Shown: positions 9,701 through 15,375, counted from the stretch's first letter. The stretch: DNA of 33,985 nt from Candidatus Micrarchaeales archaeon (GCA_049520335.1 JBEKPX010000001.1:1-33985); one strand, 5' to 3'. The notes: generated by a model from the sequence alone, not told the origin. Numbers and translations: made by a program.

Positions 9701-10077
9701 CAACATGTACATTCACAAGCCCGTCAACACTATCTTTCGGAGATATAGGACATGGATTTAGCACTATTACTACGAGTGTGCAGCTGCAGATTACTAACAC
9801 AGGAAATACAAACTCAAATATCCTAATTTATGGAGGAAATTGGATAGGTCAGAAGACTGCCACAGCAAATTTCATGGTAATGAACACAGTCTGGACTCCG
9901 ACTTCGGGTGTAGCAATTGCTAACGCAAACCAACTAACATATTCCCCTAGCTATGACACATTTGTGACCGTCCCTGCTAGTGGAGGAACAGGCTCTATAT
10001 ATTTAGGGCTATCAGTTCCACAATACCAAGCGCCACAGGACTATAACCAGATAATAACAGTATCAAGCAGCTGTTGA
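6778..10077 (+). CDS. Giant secreted modular surface protein (1,099 aa): signal peptide, two 8-Cys modules on Thr/Ser stalks, six-blade Kelch-like propeller, tandem Ig-like modules, C-terminal module shared with two downstream paralogues
   Basis: The ORF track starts at TTG 6763. ATG 6778 gives a canonical signal peptide, MNRQKLTFIAFMLVLFLSALPRTAKA|LNKY. Domain content was read directly from the translation (see repeat features). Confidence 0.85.
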   Translation: MNRQKLTFIAFMLVLFLSALPRTAKALNKYCCDQDSTSCAIPDTFTCTSACDGFKQCTQLGTCTSVSSCPHGGTTTTTTSTTTSTSTSTTTSTSTTSTSSSTSTSTTVTTSIDTGCSVDTPLCCGGSSLSCDSTAICHSSPCSSPVPYHCGGSLCSTSTSTTTSTSTSTSTSTSTSTTATTTIGYIYCIGNGAVSPYNYVYYAPISNTGIGTWTSTTSYPVWMWNAGCSIYSSYIYCVGTSNGNQAYYAQISSTGVGTWTSTTSYPINMCEAGCSVYNGYIYCVGTNCDAWWLAYYAPISNTGIGTWTSTTSIASERLYDAGCSIYNGYIYCVGAYANPYFHYVYYAPISGTGIGSWTNTPSYPIDMYYAGCSIYNGYIYCVSSGSYPNTYQVYYAPVSSTGVGTWTSTTRYPIADMEEAGCSISGGYIYCVGTSQTTPYNYVYYAPVSSTGVGTWTASPNTYPISMYAAYCEIPGSGGGYYGGGGNLPFWTPFISASNALVDIGQYETLKISWPGGSAPFTVKFYNESNSLTFNTLGSLLLSDSPATNTFKLVTTGGGITWNGVVVDSSPATKNSIDLHIGVNSAITGTPATPTPTSPTIDNGQSITLTAGTGTVSGGTTPYTYNWFTGTACQTLTAGTGSSVTVSPTSTTGYSVEVMDSASTPANSVCSGVDTVTVTTPSLSVPTIAASNTMVDAGQYETLTISWSGGTSTFKAKFFNESDSGGVTFNTIPGATSPTTNTFIVLTPGAHTGYTWNGIVIDSAYSPLTKTSLDLHIGVNSALTDTPSISPSAPTIDSGQSVTLSESGVSGGTTPYTYNWFTGSGCGTANIISGQVGGSISVSPTTTNSYSVNVIDSASTPANSVCSSVDTVSVNTALSVPSLTGTSSLNNGLIQTLSGTWNYGTPPFTVQFYNESKPGIFNTLGSATSPSTNSFLAYAVGSTQSFTWNFIVTDSSYLSAVTRNSVDFQFSVIPSTCTFTSPSTLSFGDIGHGFSTITTSVQLQITNTGNTNSNILIYGGNWIGQKTATANFMVMNTVWTPTSGVAIANANQLTYSPSYDTFVTVPASGGTGSIYLGLSVPQYQAPQDYNQIITVSSSC
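6997..7110 (+). repeat. Low-complexity ACN/TCN codon run encoding Thr/Ser stalk 1
   Basis: Encodes TTTTTTSTTTSTSTSTTTSTSTTSTSSSTSTSTTVTTS after the first 8-Cys module. It generates several spurious overlapping ORFs in other frames. Confidence 0.9.
7243..7323 (+). repeat. Low-complexity codon run encoding Thr/Ser stalk 2
   Basis: Encodes STSTSTTTSTSTSTSTSTSTSTTATTT after the second 8-Cys module. Confidence 0.9.
7324..8199 (+). repeat. Six tandem ~47-50-aa Kelch-like beta-propeller blades
   Basis: Six repeats of the pattern AGCS(I/V)Y.GYIYCVG....(Y/A)YYAP(I/V)S.TG(I/V)GTWTSTTSYP. The repeat is also visible in the DNA as a 141-150-nt periodicity. Confidence 0.75.
8239..9690 (+). repeat. Tandem ~193-aa modules (two full copies plus one half copy), each a pair of Ig-like beta-sandwich domains
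   Basis: ISASNALVDIGQYETLKISWPGG (nt 8260) matches IAASNTMVDAGQYETLTISWSGG (nt 8839), a 579-nt period. SGGTTPYTYNWFTG and DSASTPANSVCS occur in both full copies. The third copy (from about 9406) has only the first half. Confidence 0.8.
9694..10077 (+). repeat. C-terminal ~127-aa module, copy 1 of 3 (other copies at 10296-10676 and 10906-11286)
   Basis: STCTFTSPSTLSFG...ITNTGNTNSNILIYGGNWIGQKTATANFMVMNTVW...YNQIITVSSSC-stop aligns end to end with the mature parts of the two short ORFs. Confidence 0.9.
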
Positions 10078-10172
10078 AGTATTGAGGTGCAATCTAATAT
10101 GCAGTTTTGCGGTAAGAAAAGTACACATATGCAACTTGTGGTGAGGAAATAGAAAAAGAGAATACTACGACT

Positions 10173-10676
10173 ATGCCAGAATCTATTTTGGTAGTCATCA
10201 CAGCGTTGTTTGCAGTCATAGCACTGTTTACAGTTACTGAATTCCTATACGGCGCTGGAAATAGCATAACGCCAACTGGAACTGTTACTGTTGTATCACC
10301 ATCGTCATGTACATTCTCAGAAAGCACAGAGACACTGGCTTTCGGAAGTATAGCGCAGGGATTTAGCATTTCAACTACCTCAGCGCTGACAGTAACTAAT
10401 AGCGGAAATATGAATTCCAATATCCTAGTTTACGGAGGAAATTGGGTAGGTCAGAGAGATGCCACGGCAAATTTCATGGTAGGGAATACTGTCTGGTCAC
10501 CGATTTCAGGTATAGCGTGGGCTAGCGCAAACCAACTGACATACTCCCCTAGTGTTGATACGCAGATAGCTGTTACTGCTGGAGGAACAAATACAATATA
10601 CTTTGGGCTAGCGATTCCGGCATACACGCCACCGCAAAGCTATAATCAAATAATAACGGTATCAAGCAGTTGCTAA
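10173..10676 (+). CDS. Short paralogue 1 of the giant protein's C-terminal module (candidate fibre subunit); N-terminal hydrophobic segment
   Basis: 167 aa: MPESILVVITALFAVIALFTVTEFLYGAGNSITPTGTVTVVSPSSCTF...NILVYGGNWVGQRDATANFMVGNTVW...YNQIITVSSSC-stop. Confidence 0.85.
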   Translation: MPESILVVITALFAVIALFTVTEFLYGAGNSITPTGTVTVVSPSSCTFSESTETLAFGSIAQGFSISTTSALTVTNSGNMNSNILVYGGNWVGQRDATANFMVGNTVWSPISGIAWASANQLTYSPSVDTQIAVTAGGTNTIYFGLAIPAYTPPQSYNQIITVSSSC

Positions 10677-10779
10677 ATATTGAACTGAAACTCAGTATGC
10701 AGTTCCACAAATAAGAAAGTTATTAAAGATATTCATCAGATGTCTATCAGGCGAGTAATGTAGGAGCTGCGGTGATGGA

Positions 10780-11286
10780 ATGAAGAAAGAAAATACTGTA
10801 ACAATGCCAAAATTTGTTTGGGTATTCATCATAGCGTTGTATGTGATTGTTGGGTTCCTGTATGCTGCTGGAAACAGCGTAACGCCAACTGGAACTGTTA
10901 CGGTTCCGAACTCATGTACATTCGGAGGAAGCCCGTCAACACTATCTTTCGGAAGTATAAGCGCAGGTACTAACATAGGGACGACCGTGTTGCTGACGGT
11001 AACTAACAACGGAAATATAGACTCCAATATCCTCGTTTACGGAGGGAACTGGGTAGGCCAGACGACCACCACGGCAAATTTCATGGTAGGAAATACTGTC
11101 TGGAATCCTACGACAGGTTTAGCGTGGGCTAGCGCAAATAAACTAGACTACGCTCCTAGTGTTGATACGCAGATAGCTGTTACTGCTGGAGGAGGAACAG
11201 GTTCTATATACTTTGGGCTAGCAATTCCAGCATACACAACACCACAAAACTATAATCAAATAATAACGATATCAAGCAGCTGCTGA
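10780..11286 (+). CDS. Short paralogue 2 of the giant protein's C-terminal module (candidate fibre subunit)
   Basis: 168 aa: MKKENTVTMPKFVWVFIIALYVIVGFLYAAGNSVTPTGTVTVPNSCTF...NILVYGGNWVGQTTTTANFMVGNTVW...YNQIITISSSC-stop. An alternative start is ATG 10804. Confidence 0.85.
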   Translation: MKKENTVTMPKFVWVFIIALYVIVGFLYAAGNSVTPTGTVTVPNSCTFGGSPSTLSFGSISAGTNIGTTVLLTVTNNGNIDSNILVYGGNWVGQTTTTANFMVGNTVWNPTTGLAWASANKLDYAPSVDTQIAVTAGGGTGSIYFGLAIPAYTTPQNYNQIITISSSC

Positions 11287-11322
11287 ATGATGCATTATGA
11301 AAGAAAGCAGTTATGTTTATAA

Positions 11323-11991
11323 GTGCGTACTATGCGGATGAAAGGGGCAATAGGGATAACTCTAATAGCAATAATTTTAACTGCCAGTATTGTGTACGCT
11401 GGATTTGGAGAGATAGGAGGAGTATTGAATTTTGCTCTATACCCAAATTCCTCCCAAACATTGCAGTGGGGCCTAATAAATGACGGAAATCAAAGCTTGT
11501 CCTTTACAATAATGAACAAATCATCCGATTTCCGGCTCCAAGCTCAAAACAATCTATCCATTAATGCAACCCCAGATATAACTTTTTATTCTTCTTCATG
11601 GAGCATTCCTCCAGATACCACAGAGTACGTAAATGTAACTGTTTCTTCACAGGGTCTGAAAGTCGGCCAAAAATGGCATGGACTGATTCAAGCGCTTGCG
11701 ACACCGTCAGGAAATTCTTCTAGCGGAGCAAACATACAACTAGGAACGGTAAAGATGTTTAATATAAACATAGTACAAACAACAACGACCACATCTACCT
11801 CTACAACCACCATTCCCACTACCGTTTCCCCAATAGTACCGCCACAGTTGAATGTGCAATTTGAAACGCTGCTCATTATAGTGGTTGCTGCAGTTGTTGT
11901 TATCGTTATAGTCTATTACTTAATACTAAGAAAGCACACGAAAAAGACAAATGTTGAAGAGAATAGAAAAAAGACAACGAAACGAAAGTGA
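11323..11991 (+). CDS. Membrane-tethered beta-rich surface protein: N-terminal signal/anchor, Thr-rich stalk, C-terminal TM helix with basic tail
   Basis: The GTG start in the track is probably too early; ATG 11332 or 11338 (MKGAIGITLIAIILTASIVYAG...) is more likely. VQTTTTTSTSTTTIPTTVSP precedes the TM segment LLIIVVAAVVVIVIVYYLIL and the tail RKHTKKT...KRK. Confidence 0.75.
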   Translation: MRTMRMKGAIGITLIAIILTASIVYAGFGEIGGVLNFALYPNSSQTLQWGLINDGNQSLSFTIMNKSSDFRLQAQNNLSINATPDITFYSSSWSIPPDTTEYVNVTVSSQGLKVGQKWHGLIQALATPSGNSSSGANIQLGTVKMFNINIVQTTTTTSTSTTTIPTTVSPIVPPQLNVQFETLLIIVVAAVVVIVIVYYLILRKHTKKTNVEENRKKTTKRK

Positions 11992-12040
11992 GAGAGAGGA
12001 GAAAAGGATAATTGAAGCACACTGCCAAGAAGACAGCTTG

Positions 12041-13081
12041 CTATTTTCTTCCCTTTCTTGATCTGTTGCTTCTCAGACCCCTAACGCCCACAGCAGCAAC
12101 AGCAGTTGCCACTGCTATGCCTATGGCTATAAAAGATATAAGCGTGCTTGTCGTTGGACCTGATACTGAGGGCAGTATGACTATCGGAGCATCATTTCCA
12201 TAGCTATATGTTGCCACTTGACCAGCGCCTCCTGCTCCACCAGTTCCTGTTTGATTATAAGGCGAACCTACTGTCCCCCCTGCAACGTCATATGTTCCAG
12301 CAATATATCCGCCAGAGCCGTAAGATAGCATTATGACTCCTCCTCCTGAACCTGCACCGCCTGGGTCCCACGGCTCACCGCAATACTCGCTTGAATCGTT
12401 GCCATTTATGCCCACCGCATTTATCATTCCTGCTGCTATTTTATTCGCTTGTATGTAAACTCCATAAGTGCTTGCCCCAGAGTAAGGACATGGGTGAGTT
12501 CTGCCCCCGGTGCTGCTGTCTTGTCCTCCACCGCCTCCAGAAATATAATTCTGAAAACCGCTACTGTACCAATTTATTATATTATCTTTTGACATGAAAG
12601 GCACATTCGGGGTTGATCCGTTACCTCCACTTGCCGTATTAATATCAGTGTATGCTCCTCCTGCAACTAAAGTGTTCCCACCATTACCAGAATAAAAACC
12701 GCCAGCGCCGCCCCAACCAGAACCTCCACCTCCTCCAGATCCGCCAAATGAAGATGGAAAAGAAGTACCCTGCGAACCCGCATAAAGCTTAGGTCCGAGA
12801 GCATCATTTCTGTACCCGGTTGTTATTACACCGTTATTTGTTACTGTGCCGCTGCAATAGATATTGAAACCATTTGTGTTTAAAGTAACTCCCTTGTAAA
12901 TTGTAAGGTTGCCGCAAATTAAATCGCTTACTAAGGTAGTATCCGAAGAAATGACAACATTTGTATTAGCCGCCTTGTAGTAAAGTGCTGGGTTAGCTGA
13001 GACAGATCCGAGCAAAAAGACAAACACAAGACTGAAAAAGAGCCCATTCTTCAGCACATTTGATGATTTTAGCATGAACAC
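12041..13081 (-). CDS. Glycine-rich secreted protein with C-terminal TM anchor and Arg/Lys tail
   Basis: Signal peptide MFMLKSSNVLKNGLFFSLVFVFLLGSVSA. Long Gly-rich tracts (GGSGGGGGSGWGGAGGFYSGNGG, GGAGSGGG, GTGGAGGAGQ). C-terminus LISFIAIGIAVATAVAAVGV-RGLRSNRSRKGRK. Confidence 0.75.
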   Translation of the reverse strand: MFMLKSSNVLKNGLFFSLVFVFLLGSVSANPALYYKAANTNVVISSDTTLVSDLICGNLTIYKGVTLNTNGFNIYCSGTVTNNGVITTGYRNDALGPKLYAGSQGTSFPSSFGGSGGGGGSGWGGAGGFYSGNGGNTLVAGGAYTDINTASGGNGSTPNVPFMSKDNIINWYSSGFQNYISGGGGGQDSSTGGRTHPCPYSGASTYGVYIQANKIAAGMINAVGINGNDSSEYCGEPWDPGGAGSGGGVIMLSYGSGGYIAGTYDVAGGTVGSPYNQTGTGGAGGAGQVATYSYGNDAPIVILPSVSGPTTSTLISFIAIGIAVATAVAAVGVRGLRSNRSRKGRK

Positions 13082-13239
13082 CCCTATTTTATCTGATCCT
13101 AATTAGTTTATGTTTTTCCCCATATATAAAGGTTGTTATAGAAAAAGAAATGACGACAACGATTCTAAGTCTTCGAATAGCATCAAAATAGCAGATATCA
13201 TTCTGTTAGCTCCGGGAAAGAAGCATACCTTTAAGTGTA

Positions 13240-13341
13240 AGCCGCCGGCGAGGATTGAACTCGCGACCTTCTGCTTACCATGCAGACGCTCTTTAGTGCC
13301 CGAATCCCTTAGAGACTGAAGTACCACTGAGCTACAGCGGC
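13240..13341 (-). tRNA. tRNA-Thr (anticodon GGU) interrupted by a 30-nt D-loop intron
   Basis: Reverse strand: GCCGCTG-TA-GCTC-AGTGGT[30-nt intron]A-GAGC-G-TCTGC-ATGGTAA-GCAGA-AGGTC-GCGAG-TTCAATC-CTCGC-CGGCGGC-T. It has a 7-bp acceptor stem (one G-U pair). The mature length is 72 nt and no CCA is encoded. Confidence 0.8.
13293..13322 (-). other. Non-canonical tRNA intron (30 nt, position about 20/21) within a bulge-helix-bulge motif
   Basis: Outer helix GCTC:GAGC (the D-stem). Central 4-bp helix AGTG (exon):CACT (intron). The 3-nt bulges are GTA (5' side) and AAA (3' side). The inner helix is weak (C-G, U-G, U-G). Exact splice points are ambiguous by one A. Confidence 0.7.
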
Positions 13342-13367
13342 GGCCATTTGATTAAGCTTATATGAAA

Positions 13368-13377
13368 CTTATATACC
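13368..13377 (-). promoter_or_regulatory. TATA box candidate (GGTATATAAG on the minus strand) for tRNA-Thr
   Basis: Centred about 31 nt upstream of the tRNA 5' end at 13341. Confidence 0.4.
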
Positions 13378-13461
13378 TTATCTCTGGCGCATTCCTTAGA
13401 AGGACAAAGAGCAAGAAGTGAGCATAGCTCCTCTTGCGCACTGATGGACATTTTGGAGTTG

Positions 13462-13737
13462 TTATTCAGCGGGTACTTTATAGACCTTGTCGCCCTCCCT
13501 GACCTTCTGGTCAACCTTCATGCCTATAGATTCACCAGCCTTAGCGGATTTCACTTCCTTGTGCTCTATCTGCATGCTGGTTATGCTTTGGGAGAAGTTG
13601 GTCTCCTTGCCCTCTATTGAGACAGTATCGCCAACGCGAATATCCGCGCGCAGGTTTATGACAGCTACCCCTATCCTGTCATAGTAGTGCTCTATGCTTC
13701 CTATTTCCTTTCTTTCCGCCATAAAGCTCATTCTCAT
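13462..13737 (-). CDS. Small EF-Tu domain-2-like beta-barrel protein
   Basis: IGSIEHYYDRIGVAVINLRADIRVGDTVSIEGKETNFSQSITSMQIEHKEVKSAKAGESIGMKVDQKVREGDKVY matches the translation-factor domain II barrel pattern. The likely true start is MAERKE at 13722. Confidence 0.55.
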   Translation of the reverse strand: MRMSFMAERKEIGSIEHYYDRIGVAVINLRADIRVGDTVSIEGKETNFSQSITSMQIEHKEVKSAKAGESIGMKVDQKVREGDKVYKVPAE

Positions 13738-13817
13738 GTAAGATTAAGAAAGCTTTCCTTCTGACTAGCAGGAAAAAATAGATGCAGGGCTTGTGCGCCA
13801 TCAGGATTCTTTGACTA

Positions 13818-14516
13818 TTAAAATCGAAATACAGACTTGATATCCTCTGCTTCCGATTCTCCGAGGTGCCCTACATTGCTCAGTTTGCCTAGTGCTGCAG
13901 CTGTTGCTGCTTTTAAATCAGGATATATTCTTACTATGATTGATTCTAGAAGAGGTTGCTCTGGAGGCTTAATTAGTATTTCACTTTTATATATGGTTAG
14001 AGGCGCCTCACTTTTAGAATTATGTTTAATGAAACTAAAGAAGAAATTTTGTGCGGATTCTGAGTCTGGAAATTTTAAGTGGTGCTCAGCTTTGTCAGAA
14101 CATACTGACTCAATGTAATAAAGAGCAGGTAATTCTAGAGTCGAATAATCTGCTACCTCTTCTCTTGGTATGAGACGCACTTTATCTTCCCTAACCGCAA
14201 TCACTTTAGTGATATCTCTATTCTCAGGCGCTTCTATCGCCTTCTTTACTTTCTCTGTAAAGACTGAAAAAGTATGCATGTTTTGTTTTGGTTCTTTAGG
14301 AGCTACGAATACTTCTGTTGAGGCGACCCACAAGCCATCCTTTGGATTCAATGGATCATGATCTTCAGAGCGTACGTCTACCACTGTTGCCTCAGAAAAT
14401 CTATTCAGTCGTACAACTATCTCTTCTAGTTTGACAGGCGTTGCTTTTTCCAGTGCATCAGTTTTTACTGTATTTTTTAATTTGGTAGTATCTCTCATAT
14501 TATTCCCGAATAGCAT
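13818..14516 (-). CDS. Hypothetical protein (232 aa), no recognisable motif; AT-rich gene
   Basis: Long uninterrupted ORF with plausible composition. No catalytic or nucleotide-binding motif was recognised. Confidence 0.55.
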   Translation of the reverse strand: MLFGNNMRDTTKLKNTVKTDALEKATPVKLEEIVVRLNRFSEATVVDVRSEDHDPLNPKDGLWVASTEVFVAPKEPKQNMHTFSVFTEKVKKAIEAPENRDITKVIAVREDKVRLIPREEVADYSTLELPALYYIESVCSDKAEHHLKFPDSESAQNFFFSFIKHNSKSEAPLTIYKSEILIKPPEQPLLESIIVRIYPDLKAATAAALGKLSNVGHLGESEAEDIKSVFRF

Positions 14517-14582
14517 CAGTTTTGAGCATATTTAATAATATGCTTGAAAAATTACAAAGAATCTTTCTGAATAATGCGGCGC

Positions 14583-15086
14583 TTATTGTTTAGTTAGATT
14601 TAGTTCTTTTTTCAGCTCCGCCGATGCTTCGATAGAATCAGTGCTGCTCTTTTTCCTTAACAAGTCAGTTATTTCCGTTGCCGCCTCTTTCGAAAAAGTC
14701 GGATATTCTTTGACAATCTCCAGGATGTTTGAAGTATAATGCTTTACAGAATCCGCAGAAGCATCTCCCTCAGCAATTCTTCTAAAGTTTTCCTTTAAAG
14801 ACTCATTTGCGCATTTCTCAAGTATCCTTGACTTTTCTTCTTCATCCAGATTCTTCATGGAGTCTGTAATAAAATGGGTTGCTTTATCTTTAATTGTGGA
14901 ATTTTGTGTTTTAGAACGAACGCAAAGAGCTATAAATACCTTTTCTTCTAGTGCGGCCGGAAAATCAGAAGATACTAATTCCTTCCAGGCATTGGATGCA
15001 ACTCTAAGGTCTTTCGCGGCTGCGTGATCCCTCAGTTCTTCTTTTTTCTGGTCTGTAGCTTTTAGTATAATTCCAACTCCACTCAT
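14583..15086 (-). CDS. Hypothetical all-alpha-looking protein (167 aa); AT-rich gene
   Basis: Uninterrupted ORF rich in E/K/A/L. No motif was recognised. Confidence 0.55.
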   Translation of the reverse strand: MSGVGIILKATDQKKEELRDHAAAKDLRVASNAWKELVSSDFPAALEEKVFIALCVRSKTQNSTIKDKATHFITDSMKNLDEEEKSRILEKCANESLKENFRRIAEGDASADSVKHYTSNILEIVKEYPTFSKEAATEITDLLRKKSSTDSIEASAELKKELNLTKQ

Positions 15087-15249
15087 GATATTACCTTAAT
15101 AACATACGTTTTGGAGGTATTTAAGCATTCGTCGTGATTTCATTCAGCATACAAGAGAGAATTTGATTAATCTCACACTGTTCCTTGTACAGAATGGCAG
15201 GATTGAGGAGAATTGATGCTTAAGATTCACTATAGCATTAATCTGCTTA

Positions 15250-15375
15250 GATATTAGTCTCCTACTTAGGTGACTCCAAACATGCTCAGCAATAGTTTCA
15301 AGATATTGGAGGTTACTCCAAACATACTTAGAGACACTTTCACGATATTGGAGGTTACTCCAAACATACTTAGAG
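15250..15375 (+). repeat. Direct repeat array with 42-bp phasing; the best units are GATATTGGAGGTTACTCCAAACATACTTAGAG
   Basis: Identical 32-mers at 15302-15333 and 15344-15375. A diverged copy GGTGACTCCAAACATGCTCAG starts at 15269, and a shortened copy GATATTAGTCTCCTACTTAGG at 15250. The core starts (15269, 15311, 15353) are exactly 42 nt apart. Each full unit contains the dyad TTGGAG-GTTA-CTCCAA. Confidence 0.85.

Noticed and set aside
10094-11027. Two similar minus-strand ORFs (10094-10420, 10692-11027) that might look like a conserved gene pair
   Set aside because: They resemble each other only because they are antisense to the two paralogous plus-strand genes. The plus frames share the module with the giant protein and have hydrophobic N-termini.
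13110-13327. ORFs 13110-13319 (+) and 13136-13327 (-); also 15416-15631 (-) and 15603-15815 (+)
   Set aside because: They overlap the tRNA-Thr and tRNA-Leu genes or their flanks, and are short with no motifs.
13338-13344. Alternative tRNA-Thr acceptor stem starting at GCCGCCG (13344)
   Set aside because: It would leave 5 nt instead of 2 between the acceptor and D stems. Starting at 13341 (GCCGCTG, with one G-U pair) gives standard spacing.
15250-15375. Possible mini-CRISPR array
   Set aside because: There are only two identical units plus degenerate copies. The gaps between 32-mers are about 10 nt (far too short for spacers), there is no leader-like context, and there are no cas genes in the window. 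This looks like a tandem or iteron-type repeat instead.
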